Shown piece after piece: positions 10,610 through 23,733 of a stretch of DNA of 64,000 nucleotides. Source of the stretch: Macrostomum hystrix (taxonomy: Eukaryota > Animalia > Platyhelminthes); NCBI GenBank assembly GCA_950097015.1, contig CATNEN010000039.1:20920454-20984453 (forward strand), read 5' to 3'. Each line of letters opens with the position of its first letter. Positions within the stretch are counted from its first letter, which is position 1. Position numbers and translations under genes: made by a program. Below the pieces are notes generated by a model. That model was given only the letters and a program-made list of their open reading frames with translations, ran no database searches and had not been told where the DNA came from.

Positions 10610-11199
10610 AGCTACTCCGACTCGCTCTCAAGGCTGCCCGCCGCTTCATCGCTGAGACGAGTGCCGACTCAGCTGCTGCCTCGACAAGCTTTCTGTGTGA
10701 GAATTTTAAGACTTTAACTCCAAAGGAGAGCCTTGACGTATGTGAAGCTTTAATTGTCTCTGTTATATTTGTCTGTAATACTATTCCCAGTGCAAGCAAT
10801 AAACCTGAGTCCTTCTCTGCTTATAACTTGTTAACTCCGTTTTTGCAAGTGTTTGCTTAAATGCAAACAAAATGAAGCTGAGAAACTTAGATTACAAATA
10901 TGAAAATAAAAATAATTATGATTATTATTGAAATGCGCACGCCAATTGGGTGCTGATTTTTTGCTTATTTGATGTTGGTAACAAGGCTGAACGATTCGAT
11001 TTAAAAAAGGCGATAGAAAAACAGTACATAATAGCATGCATAATATTAATTTTAGGTGAAAAAAATATTAGGATAATAGCCATTGGGTTTTTGCGAGTTA
11101 CCATCAAATATAAGAAAACTAAAACTCATACTATAATCAAGCCTTCTACGCTCGCAGCTATGGGCCTCAGGGCAGTGGCTTGTTTATTTAGCCTTAAGT

Positions 11200-12000
11200 A
11201 TGCTTTCTATGAAGTCCACAAAACTTTCTGTTAATTATGTGCTTTCCTGTGTCATTAAATACACAACGTTGTCACCAGCTCTTAAGCTATCTAAATTTCG
11301 AACAGTGCCTGACACTTTCTCTATGAATTTATTTCTAATTAGAACATAAACGGACCAATCGCATCTTCGTTCTCTACCCCGACTCTACATTTGGACATGA
11401 ATTCTGTTTTCATAGGCGATTTCGGTCTTGCAGTGCGCAATGTCTCAGGCCAGTTTGTGGTTTCCTAGACGAAATCAGGACATTGTGCGCCTTTGTTCTG
11501 GGTTAGAGATTATTGTTAGGTACTTTTCTCTGGAGAAATCTTTCTTAAACGTGTAATAGAAGTGGCTGAGCTTGGCTGATTTTCCCATCCTCTGAGTCCA
11601 GTGGCTTCGAAACTCTGACTCAAAGTTCTCCCTGTGCGTTTTGATGGACTTTGTTTTTCTAGTCTGTTGACCATTCCGCATTACTTCGCTATTAATTTTT
11701 ACCCAATGACAACATCGTTGTATTCTGTATCTGCCACCAATTTCGCGATGATGGAGTATGGTCGGCTCCGAACTGAGGACCAGTATTGAAGGCTTCTTTT
11801 TTGAATACTATATAATACTATATAATATAATTAGTCTTCCTAATTCGGACCGGGCACCATTGCTGTCAGTGCTTGGACTAACTTGCAGAATCGACTTGCA
11901 GATTCTAAAATAGATTCTCTCTATAAGGTTCCGATCCCAAGTACCCAGTTTTATGGTAAGAAACCAACAGCTAAAGCCTTTCGCGTAGGTAAAAACTAGG
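11200..12000 (-). pseudogene. Decayed, 5'-truncated non-LTR retrotransposon ORF2 C-terminus (RTE-X/L2-like)
   Basis: The minus strand translates to NLIERIYFRICKSILQVSPSTDSNGARSELGR, LQYW, KLSHFYYTFKKDFSREKYL..EQRRTMS*FRLGNHKL and a degenerate C..C..VENE. These match the thumb/C-terminal motif series of such LINEs, with stops and frameshifts. Confidence 0.75.
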
Positions 12001-12191
12001 CAGTATGTACTTTAAATGATCCCGTCCGCTGAGTGGCAGAATAGTAGAATAGAATAGAATCAGCACGAAGTACTGAACCGCCAGGTAATAATCCCAGCAA
12101 GATCGAAGAAAGGAGACTGGAGGAGGCTGTGTGAACTTTGGTCACCAGGTATAATTTATAACTAAAGGAGGGCTGAATGTATGGAAAATTA

Positions 12192-12444
12192 TTCGCTGAC
12201 TCCTGAGCACACACGCACACAAATACCGTAAGTCGGCAAATACGCTCACACAGGTGCGAGTATCAGCTCTGATTTTCTCATCGTCAGGCCTTGGAGGTTT
12301 GTACTCGAGGTCGTAAATTCCACGACAAGCCCCCCAAGCCCTGTCTGCGGCTGCGTCTAAAAATAATGTGGCCTCGCCGCGGAATCGAGCTCAGGGACCT
12401 TGGTGCGAGAGGCAAACACTTTAACCGCTCTACCACCACTCACC
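12192..12444 (-). mobile_element. Older, 3'-truncated copy of the tRNA-derived SINE (same family as 29518-29883)
   Basis: The reverse complement GGTGAGTGGTGGTAGAGCGGTTAA..GCTCGATTCCGCGGCGAGGCCACATT..GGCTTGTCGT..CCTGACGATGAGAAA..GTGTGCGTGTGTGCTCAGGAGTCAGCGAA is colinear with the second copy. Degenerate box A and box B are present. Confidence 0.85.
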
Positions 12445-12964
12445 TGCTTCATAGCGTTCGCTACTACTAGCGTACTTTTCGCCAGGAAAATAATAATGAG
12501 CCGTATTTAACTTTAGCAACGCCTATTTTTATAAGAAAACTAAGCTTTAATCCTTTGCTCGTGAAATCTATTCGTATTTGTCCATTTCAATTGTATTTGC
12601 CGGTACACTCACACGTTGGAAAAAATTCGTGTTTGCCTTACTAAGTTTTTTATTGCACACAAAAGACTATTACAATTGCGGGGCTGTAGACTAAAAAATA
12701 GGCTTATATTTGCTAGACATACAAAAAAACATTTTTTTTCAAAAGTATTTTATCTTATTCGCGATTATACTCTATAAGCACTGTAGTGTTTTAGTCATTA
12801 TTTTTAGGCTGCACAGAACACGCGGATAAATTGTTTAATAAATCGAAGCCCGGAAACTAGAAAATCATCCATGGGACATTGCTTTACAGGCTCCAGCTGC
12901 TGACAAACTGCTGCAGGATGTTCAGGACAACCGAAGCTATCAGAAGGAACAGAGCACGAGACAC

Positions 12965-13234
12965 TTGATGGCCGGTGTTGCACAGGTCAGATTGGCAGCA
13001 GTAATAATTTTTCTCCTGCTTGCAAACGTGAGCAGCGGATCGACCGACGCGTCCGTCAAAAATCGCTTTCTGTTTGTTGAAAAGTTGATTCTATTCAGAG
13101 GTTACATCGTGATGATTAAAGGATTAGAAATCATAACTTGGTGGCAGACTCAAGTCTATGTGCATGGCCTCCCAAAGATTCCAGCACAGGGACCTTGGTA
13201 TGGGAGGCAAACGAGCGAACAAATCTCTCCCTAA
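12965..13234 (+). CDS. Possible host exon(s) with a signal-peptide-like N-terminus
   Basis: MAGVAQVRLAAVIIFLLLANVSSG has an n/h/c-region pattern. Acceptor-like TTACAG (~12889) and TTCTATTCAG (~13098) and donor-like G|GTATGG (~13197) lie nearby. No homology recognised. Confidence 0.2.
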   Translation: MMAGVAQVRLAAVIIFLLLANVSSGSTDASVKNRFLFVEKLILFRGYIVMIKGLEIITWWQTQVYVHGLPKIPAQGPWYGRQTSEQISP

Positions 13235-13313
13235 GCCCCAGATAATGGAAAGTTTAGTTTGATATTTTAATCACGAGCAAAATAAATTTTTGTGTATTTT
13301 TTAATCCTAATGA

Positions 13314-16300
13314 CAGGACTGCGAAGCTACTTAACTGACATTCTTCGGGACTGCAAAGCTACTGGACTGAGATTCTTCAGAACAGCAAAGCTACTGGACT
13401 GAGATTCTTCAGGACTGCAAAGCTACTGGACTGAGATTCTACAGGACTGCAAAGCTACTGGACTGGGATTCTTCAGGACTGCAAAGCTACTGGAATCAGA
13501 TTCTTCAGGACTGCAAAGCTACTGGACTGAGATTCTACAGGACTGCAAAGCTACTGGACTGGGATTCTTCAGGACTGCAAAGCTACTGGAATGAGATTCT
13601 TCAGGACTGCAAAGCTACTGGAATCAGATTCTTCAGGACTGCAAAGCTACTGGAATGAGATTCTTCAGGACTGCAAAGTTATTGGACCGAGATTCTTAAG
13701 TACTGCAAAGCTACTGGAATGAGATTCTTCAGAACTGCAAAGCTACTGGACTGAGATTCTTCAGGACTGGAAAGCTACTGGACTGAGATTCTTCAGGACT
13801 GCAAAGCTACTGGACTGAGATTCTTAAGGACTGCAAAGCCAATTAATGGACTGACATTCTTCAGGACTGCAAAGCTACCGGAATGAGATTCTACAGAACT
13901 GCAAAGCTACTGGACTGAAATTCTACAGGACTGCAAAGCTACTGGACAGAGATTCTTCAGGACTGCAAAGCTACTGGACTGAGATTCTTCACGACTGCAA
14001 AGCTACTGGACTGGGATTCTTCAGGACTGCAAAGCTACTGGACTGAAATTCTTGAGGACTGCAAAGCTACTGGACTGAGATTCTTCAGGACTGCAAACCT
14101 ACTGGACTGAGATTCTTGAGGACTGCAAAGCTACTGGACTGAGATTGTTTAGAGCTGCAAAGCTACCGGACTGAAATTCTTTAGGGCTGCAAAGCTACTG
14201 GACTAAGATTCTTTAGGACTGCAAAGCTACTGGACTGAGATTCTTCAGGACTGCAAAACTACTGGACTGAGATTCTTCAGGACTGCAAAGCTACTGGACT
14301 GAGTTTCTTCAGGACTGCAAAGCTACTAGACAGAGATTCTTCTAGACTGCAAAGCTACTGGATTGAGATTCTTCAGAACTGCAAAGCTACTGGACTGAGA
14401 TTCTTCGGGATTGCAAAGCTACTGGAGTGAGATTCTTCAGGACTGCAAAGCTACTGGACTTAAATTCTTTAAGGCTGCAAACCTACTGGACTGAGATTCT
14501 TCAGGACTGCAAACCTACTGGACTGAGATTCTTCAGGACTGCAAACCTACTGGACTGAGTTTCTTCAGGACTGCAAAGCTATTAGACTGAGATTCTTCTA
14601 GACTGCAAAGCTACTGGACTGAGATTCTTCAGAACTGCAAAGCTACTGGACTGAGATTCTTAAGGACTGCAAAGCTAATTAATGGACTGACATTCTTCAG
14701 GACTGCAAAGCTACCAGACTGAGATTCTTCAGGACTGCAAAGCTACCGGAATGAGATTCTACAGGACTGCAAAGCTACTGGACTGAGATTCTTCGGGACT
14801 GCAAAGCTACTGGAATGAGATTCTTCAGGACTGCAAAGCTACCGGAATGAGATTCTACAGGACTGCAAAGCTACTGGACTGAGATTCTTCAGGACTGCAA
14901 ACCTACTGGACTGAGATTCTTCAGGACTGCAAAGCTACTTGACTGAGATTCTACAGGACTGCAAAGCTACTGGACTGGGATTCTTCAGGACTGCAAAGCT
15001 ACTGGAATGAGATTCTTCAGGACTGCAAAGCTACTGGAATGAGATTCTTAAGGACTGCAAAGCTACTGGAATGAGATTCTTCAGGACTGCAAACCTACTG
15101 GACTGAGATTCTTCAGGACTGCAAACCTACTGGACTGAGTTTCTTCAGGACTGCAAAGCTATTAGACTGAGATTCTTCTAGACTGCAAAGCTACTGGACT
15201 GAGATTCTTCAGAACTGCAAAGCTACTGGACTGAGATTCTTAAGGACTGCAAAGCTAATTAATGGACTGACATTCTTCAGGACTGCAAAGCTACCAGACT
15301 GAGATTCTTCAGGACTGCAAAGCTACCGGAATGAGATTCTACAGGACTGCAAAGCTACTGGACTGAGATTCTTCGGGACTGCAAAGCTACTGGAATGAGA
15401 TTCTTCAGGACTGCAAAGCTACCGGAATGAGATTCTACAGGACTGCAAAGCTACTGGACTGAGATTCTTCAGGACTGCAAACCTACTGGACTGAGATTCT
15501 TCAGGACTGCAAAGCTACTGGACTGAGATTCTACAGGACTGCAAAGCTACTGGACTGGTATTCTTCAGGACTGCAAAGCTACTGGAATGAGATTCTTCAG
15601 GACTGCAAAGCTACTGGAATGAGATTCTTAAGGACTGCAAAGCTACTGGAATGAGATTCTTCAGGACTGCAAACCTACTGGACTGAGATTCTTAAGGACT
15701 GCAAAGTTACTGGAATGAGATTCTTGAGGACTGCAAAGCTACTGGACTGAGATTCTTTAGAGCTGCAAAGCTACCGGACTGAAATTCTTTAGGGCTGCAA
15801 AGCTACTGGACTGAGATTCTTTAGGACTGCAAAGCTACTGGACTGAGATTCTTCAGGACTGCAAAGCTACTGGACTGAGATTCTTCAGGACTGCAAAACT
15901 ACTGGACTGAGATTCTTCAGGACTGCAAAGCTACTGGACTGAGTTTCTTCAGGACTGCAAAGCTACTAGACTGAGATTCTTCTAGACTGCAAAGCTACTG
16001 GACTGAGATTCTTCAGAACTGCAAAGCTATTGGACTGAGATTCTTCGGGATTGCAAAGCTACTGGAGTGAGATTCTTCAGGACTGCAAAGCTACTGGACT
16101 TAAATTCTTTAAGGCTGCAAACCTACTGGACTGAGATTCTTCAGGACTGCAAACCTACTGGACTGAGTTTCTTCAGGACTGCAAAGCTATTAGACTGAGA
16201 TTCTTCTAGACAGCAAAGCTACTGGACTGAGATTCTTCAGAACTGCAAAGCTACTGGACTGAGATTGTTCGGGATTGCAAAGCCACTGGAGTGAGATTCT

Positions 16301-19300
16301 TCAGGACTGCAAAGCTACTGGACTTAAATTCTTAAAAGCTGCAAACCTACTGGACTGAGATTCTTCAGGACTGCAAACCTACTGGACTGAGTTTCTTCAG
16401 GACTGCAAAGCTATTAGACTGAGATTCTTCTAGACTGCAAAGCTACTGGACTGAGATTCTTCAGAACTGCAAAGCTACTGGACTGAGATTCTTAAGGACT
16501 GCAAAGCTAATTAATGGACTGACATTCTTCAGGACTGCAAAGCTACCAGACTGAGATTCTTCAGGACTGCAAAGCTACCGGAATGAGATTCTACAGGACT
16601 GCAAAGCTACTGGACTGAGATTCTTCGGGACTGCAAAGCTACTGGAATGAGATTCTTCAGGACTGCAAAGCTACCGGAATGAGATTCTACAGGACTGCAA
16701 AGCTACTGGACTGAGATTCTTCAGGACTGCAAACCTACTGGACTGAGATTCTTCAGGACTGCAAAGCTACTGGACTGAGATTCTACAGGACTGCAAAGCT
16801 ACTGGACTGGGATTCTTCAGGACTGCAAAGCTACTGGAATGAGATTCTTCAGGACTGCAAAGCTACTGGAATGAGATTCTTAAGGACTGCAAAGCTACTG
16901 GAATGAGATTCTTCAGGACTGCAAACCTACTGGACTGAGATTCTTCAGGACTGCAAACCTACTGGACTGAGTTTCTTCAGGACTGCAAAGCTATTAGACT
17001 GAGATTCTTCTAGACTGCAAAGCTACTGGACTGAGATTCGTCAGAACTGCAAAGCTACTGGACTGAGATTCTTAAGGACTGCAAAGCTAATTAATGGACT
17101 GACATTCTTCAGGACTGCAAAGCTACCAGACTGAGATTCTTCAGGACTGCAAAGCTACCGGAATGAGATTCTACAGGACTGCAAAGCTACTGGACTGAGA
17201 TTCTTCGGGACTGCAAAGCTACTGGAATGAGATTCTTTAGGACTGCAAAGCTACCGGAATGAGATTCTACAGGACTGCAAAGCTACTGGACTGAGATTCT
17301 TCAGGACTGCAAACCTACTGGACTGAGATTCTTCAGGACTGCAAAGCTACTGGACTGAGATTCTACAGGACTGCAAAGCTACTGGACTGGGATTCTTCAG
17401 GACTGCAAAGCTACTGGAATGAGATTCTTCAGGACTGCAAAGCTACTGGAATGAGATTCTTAAGGACTGCAAAGCTACTGGAATGAGATTCTTCAGGACT
17501 GCAAACCTACTGGACTGAGATTCTTAAGGACTGCAAAGTTACTGGAATGAGATTCTTGAGGACTGCAAAGCTACTGGACTGAGATTCTTTAGAGCTGCAA
17601 AGCTACCGGACTGAAATTCTTTAGGGCTGCAAAGCTACTGGACTGAGATTCTTTAGGACTGCAAAGCTACTGGACTGAGATTCTTCAGGACTGCAAAGCT
17701 ACTGGACTGAGATTCTTCAGGACTGCAAAACTACTGGACTGAGATTATTCAGGACTGCAAAGCCACTGGACTGAGTTTCTTCAGGACTGCAAAGCTACTA
17801 GACTGAGATTCTTCTAGACTGCAAAGCTACTGGACTGAGATTCTTCAGAACTGCAAAGCTATTGGACTGAGATTCTTCGGGATTGCAAAGCTACTGGAGT
17901 GAGATTCTTCAGGACTGCAAAGCTACTGGACTTAAATTCTTTAAGGCTGCAAACCTACTGGACTGAGATTCTTCAGGACTGCAAACCTACTGGACTGAGT
18001 TTCTTCAGGACTGCAAAGCTATTAGACTGAGATTCTTCTAGACAGCAAAGCTACTGGACTGAGATTCTTCAGAACTGCAAAGCTACTGGACTGAGATTTT
18101 TCGGGATTGCAAAGCCACTGGAGTGAGATTCTTCAGGACTGCAAAGCTACTGGACTTAAATTCTTAAAAGCTGCAAACCTACTGGACTGAGATTCTTCAG
18201 GACTGCAAACCTACTGGACTGAGATTCTTCAGGACTGCAAACCTACTGGACTGAAATTCTACAGGACTGCAAAGCTACTGGACAGAGATTCTTCAGGACT
18301 GCAAAGCTACCGGACTATGATTCTTGAGGACTGCAAAGCTACTGGACTGAGATTCTTCAGGACTGCAAAGCTACTGGACTGGGATTCTTCAGGACTGCAA
18401 AGCTACCGGACTGAAATTCTTGAGGACTGCAAAGCTACTGGACTGAGATTCTTCAGGACTGCAAAGCTACTGGACTGAGATTCTTCAGGACTGCAAAGCT
18501 ACTGGACTGAGATTCTTCAGGACTGCAAAGCTACTGGACTGAGATTCTTGAGGACTGCAAAGCTACTGGACTGAGATTCTTTAGGACTGCAAAGCTACTG
18601 GACTGAGATTCTTCAGGACTGCAAAGCTACTGGACTGAGATTCTTCAGGACTGCAAAGCAACTGGACTGAGATTCTTCAGAACTGCAAAGCTACTCGACT
18701 AAATTCTTCAGGACTGCAAAGCTACAGGACTGAGATTCTTCAGGACTGAAAAGCTACTGGACTGAGATTCTTCAGGACTGCAAAGCTACTGGACTGAGAT
18801 TCTACAGGACTGCAAAGCTACTGGACTGGGATTCTTCAGGACTGCAAAGCCACTGGACTTAAATTCTTTAAGGCTGCAAACCTACTGGACTGAGATTCTT
18901 CAGGACTGCAAACCTACTGGACTGAGTTTCTTCAGGACTGCAAAGCTATTAGACTGAGATTCTTCTAGACTGCAAAGCTACTGGACTGAGATTCTTCAGA
19001 ACTGCAAAGCTACTGGACTGAGATTCTTCGGGATTGCAAAGCCACTGGAGTGAGATTCTTCAGGACTGCAAAGCTACTGGACTTAAATTCTTTAAAGCTG
19101 CAAACCTACTGGACTGAGATTCTTCAGGACTGCAAACCTACTGGACTGAGATTCTTCAGGACTGCATACCTACTGGACTGAAATTTTACAGGACTGCAAA
19201 GCTACTGGACAGAGATTCTTCAGGACTGCAAAGCTACCGGACTATGATTCTTGAGGACTGCAAAGCTACTGGACTTAGATTCTTCAGGACTGCAAAGCTA

Positions 19301-20090
19301 CTGGACTGGGATTCTTCAGGACTGCAAAGCTACCCGACTGAAATTCTTGAGGACTGCAAAGCTACTGGACTGAGATTCTTCAGGACTGCAAAGCTACTGG
19401 ACTGAGATTCTTGAGGACTGCAAAGCTACTGGACTGAGATTCTTCAGGACTGGAAAGCTACTGGACTGAGATTCTTCAGGACTGCAAAGCTACTGGACTG
19501 AGATTCTTCAGAACTGCAAAGCTACTGGACTAAATTCTTCAGGACTGCAAAGCTACAGGACTGAGATTCTACAGGACTGCAAAGCTACTGGACTGAGATT
19601 CTTCAGAACTGCAAAGCTACTGGACTAAATTCTTCAGGACTGCAAAGCTACAGGACTGAGATTCTTCAGGACTGCAAAGCTACTGGACTGAGATTCTTCA
19701 GGACTGCAAAGCTACTGGACTGAGATTCTACAGGACTGCAAAGCTACTGGACTGGGATTCTTCAGGACTGCAAAGCTACTGGAATGAGATTCTTCAGGAC
19801 TGCAAAGCTACTGGACTGAGATTCTTCAGGACTGCAAAGCTACTGGACTGAGATTCTTCAGAACTGCAAAGCTACTGGACTAAATTCTTCAGGACTGCAA
19901 AGCTACAGGACTGAGATTCTTCAGGACTGCAAAGCTACTGGACTGAGATTCTTCATGACTGCAAAGCTACTGGACTGAGATTCTACAGGACTGCAAAGCT
20001 ACTGGACTGGGATTCTTCAGGACTGCAAAGCTACTGGAATGAGATTCTTCAGGACTGCAAAGTTACTGGACCGAGATTCTTAAGTACTGC
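13314..20090 (+). repeat. 32-bp satellite array, block 1; consensus GGACTGCAAAGCTACTGGACTGAGATTCTTCA
   Basis: Head-to-tail monomers (e.g. starts at 13444 and 13476). The first monomers at the edge are more diverged. Length variants of 31 bp (GGACTAAATTC) and 36 bp (AATTAATGG) occur. Confidence 0.98.
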
Positions 20091-22414
20091 TGATGTGGAG
20101 TGTGCTGCGGGAATCGAGTGGGAATGTGAGCCAGCCGAATTTTTCCAATTTTTAGCAAGTTAATAATCGCGACCCACATAGCAGCTGGCCGCAGAACACC
20201 ATCATTAATCTTAGGGCCAGACTTGGGGCGGAGGTGAATTAAGTAGCCGCCGATTCCCCTTGTCTCGGATCTGTCTAGTCCCCTGTAGAAGTGACTGATC
20301 GCGGCCATAGCAATACTGTATGGACTAGTTTAGGTCATAATTCCCCTCCAAACCGCGATCAGATTGTAGGGATCACTCATGCGTCTAGAGTGAGCATTAA
20401 TTCTTCATGTCCCTTTTCTTTACTGTAACCCGAGCCGAAGCTCGATTATGACCTTTCCCCCTTTAGATACATGTAACGACACTATAGGCAGGTCGGCGCC
20501 TGCGCTTCCCATATCCCGGCGGGATCACAATCATTGGCCGACTGCCGGCAGACGCTCCTAGTGGAGCATCTGGCGATTCTCGCCGCCGCTTCAGTGGGCA
20601 ATTGGGGTGGCATAATGCCGACCCGATTCCTCGCTGACAGGCTGGCGAGCATGTGGGTTATTTTGATGAATGCGAGGTTGACGGAGCTGCAGGACTATTT
20701 AAGAGAGCGCGCTGCGCTGCCCCTAGGACAACCTTCCCTCCACCCTGGACTAAAACCTACCCCCCTTCCTGTCTGGTCCCGGAACACGGTCCGTGGACTC
20801 TCCCCCTTACTAGATAGGACTTAGCCCCTGAGCCTAAGGCTCCAGATCATAGCAGCAGGCAACTACCTGCTAGTGCCCCTAAGCGCAAGCCACCTCCTTG
20901 GGTGAGCTCCAAATTGAGCCGTGTGCTCCTGCGATTTGGTCCCTTGCCAATCGCACTAGGCACCCCCGTCCCTACTTCCTCTTTCAATTGCCTTTCCCAG
21001 CGAGACCAACGGCCTGCAGCCTGTCAACCAGCATCGCAGATAAGTAACCCGCGTAGCGGACTTTTATTGCTATCCCTAAGGGATTTATTATCTAGCTAGT
21101 GGGCAATTGGGGCAAGGGCAGGGTTTCGATTCTAGCCTAATAAACTATTATTCATCTTAGTCGCCAATCATTTAACTATTAGGCAATTTAGTAACAATTT
21201 AAATCACTTTCTATCATGCTGTTATTTCCCCTTTATTTTCTCATTGGACAGCCCTCAATCATGAGTGGCTAATTCACTAGGGGAATGGGCTCTGGCGAGG
21301 CCGAGCTGAAAGCTGCGGCAAGAAGGCTACTGTGAGCGCGCATGAGAGTAATATGGAGCTAGGGATTTGCGAGCTAAATGCGGGATGTAGCGTGTGCATT
21401 TCTGCCTACGAGGTGGGGGATTCCTTGGCCGGCTTTCCTCACTCTCTCGGCGGGTTCCAGTGTATGCGTCAAGTTCCTTTGCCAATTTGAATTCTCCCTC
21501 TTTTCCCCGCCTTTCGCAACCGCGGCCATGGGAGCGAGAGGCGTGATCTAATAATTTCCTGCTTGCATAATCACTCAGCCAGTGTTCAGCTTAATCTCTC
21601 CTGCCTCTGTTCTCCTCAACTCACACAGAATCGGCTTGCTAGTTATCTAATGAGTAGGCTGCAGTCTAATGTACGGAATGTGTCTAATGTCTCATGAGTA
21701 GGATTCTGGCTATGGATTTCTCATTCGGGTTCGGAGTACCACCTTTCTAGACCACTGTAGCGCAGTTTCAGGAATCCCCTTGTGAGGCGTGACTCGATCC
21801 ATTCTGGGGTTCTCACCCTAGTCTAAAACGGAAGTTACAGAATGCTCTATTTTTCGGCTTGTCTAAGATCTGTGTGACAAACTGGGAGCTGCGAGCTCCG
21901 GGGACCCAAGTTCCCAAATGTCTGCGGTGGCAACGTAGGCGCATTGGGTGGTGGTGCTACCTTCGATCATTATCCGCTTTGCCGATAGCCTTTCCGCATT
22001 TCTAAGACAAGAGCCTAGGCCGAGTCGACCACTGCTACCAAAGTTAGGAGTCAGTTACGAACATGCTACTGATGACAGTAGGCTATCTAGCCCTGTCCTA
22101 TTCGCTTGCGGGTAGTCCGACATCTATTTAGACTTTTAGCCGGTTTCGAGCACTGCTTGGGGTGGGCACGGCAGTCATGCCTGTGGCCTATGGGTTGGGT
22201 GGGACTGGCCAGCCTGAGGCCAATAGGACCACTCACTTGCATCCTTTGTACCGCCTCATCTCTCCCTTCATCTCTCCCTTCATCCCTCCCTTCGTCATCC
22301 CTCTCTGCGACAACTCGCGGCAGCAGCGATCGACCTCCGACTCTATCGTCGTTTTCCACACTCCTATCTTTCATGAGGGCGGTCATCGGCTGGCAAAAGG
22401 CCCGCACTATTTCA
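20091..22414 (+). repeat. 5' LTR (2324 bp)
   Basis: TGATGTGG...ACTATTTCA, a direct repeat of 27098-29421 (offset 7007). TATA-like CTATTTAAG near 20695 and AATAAA at 21139-21144. Confidence 0.96.
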
Positions 22415-22415
22415 A

Positions 22416-22433
22416 TGGTGGCAGCGGTGGGAT
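22416..22433 (+). promoter_or_regulatory. Primer binding site complementary to the tRNA-Leu 3' end
   Basis: TGGTGGCAGCGGTGGGAT, 1 nt after the LTR CA. It is the reverse complement of ..AUCCCACCGCUGCCACCA, the 3' end of metazoan tRNA-Leu (AAG/UAG type). Confidence 0.9.
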
Positions 22434-23733
22434 CTAGAAGGGGCGCGAAACGAACCTGAATTTTTTCAATTGTTAGTTTAGCGCCGCAGATTTCTGTGGT
22501 AGTTAGCCGTAAGGGCTTCTTCTAGATTTCATCTTCCGTACGCCTAAATCTTATCTCTAGAGACTGGACTTCAGTTCGAGTAACTGTCAATTAATTTTCT
22601 TGAACAGTTTCAATTTGATTCGGACTTTAATTTAGGCTTTTGTTAGAGTTTCCAAAATTCTGATTAGTGACTTTCTACTATGAGTAGGCTGTGTGAGCGG
22701 ACTTCATGCTAGAGTGTCTTCGGGTTAGTGGCTGCTGCAGGAGTCAGGGACTGTCTGTGGGGTTTCCTGCGTGACTGTTCTGGGAGGGGCCATTCTTAAC
22801 GAGGGACCGGGCAACGCCTTTCGGCCTTCTAACCGAGCGAGGGGAGCCCCCGGCAATGCAGCCGGGAATCGATGACTCGCTGAGCACCGGGGATTGGTTC
22901 TCTTGGGCAGCTTGCGGGCCTGCTTACGTGTACCTGATTCTGAAAGTGTCACATAGCTTTGACCAAGTCTGACTTTGGTGGGGAACAGTTAGGGAGGTGG
23001 GACTTCTGAGGGAGGTCTAGCGACCCCCGTGCCCGCCTCTCGAAACTGCCTACTTCAAGTATGGGCTAGAATTCGGTCGGCACGTTTTTCTAAGAGATTC
23101 TTTGAGGGGTTTTCTAAATGGGGTAGCCAGGCTTTAGCCATGGACTCCTATCCGAGCGAGATCCCAGGTATATCCCCCCTGGGCTTCCCAGTCTCGTTAA
23201 TCGCGAGGGGGGCCCCCGGCAATGCAGCCGGGAACCGATGACTCCCTGAACGAGTCGGGGATTATCCTTTCTCTGAGTATCTTATTGAGGCGTGTACTTT
23301 CCAAGGTAGGGTGATAGGCTGTTGCAGGCGCAAGCTTGCAGTAGTACTGACCCCGCCGTACCTATAGTGCAACAGTCCGCTATAGGGTTGCAGAACGAGT
23401 GCTAAGTTAAAACCTAGACTTCTATGTCCCAAACTTGAGTGCGCGCAAACAGTTGTCAGTAGCCAAGGCTGGAAGCAACGCTAGCCAGGGCCCTGGGCCC
23501 TTTTCTCTCTCACTGATCTTTGATCTCATTTTTGCGGTAGGGTTGCTTGCTAGGAGTAGGGGATTCGCCGCATTATTAATTAGGGCTGGACTTGACAGCT
23601 CAGGCTCATTTTCTTTCCCCCCGCACGATCTCCGGTCGTGATCTGTTTTTCCTTTCTCTCCTTCCCCATTGTTGCATTAGCGACAAACACCCCTTTCAAT
23701 TCGCAAAAACCCTCATTTCTCTTTTGGCCGAAA

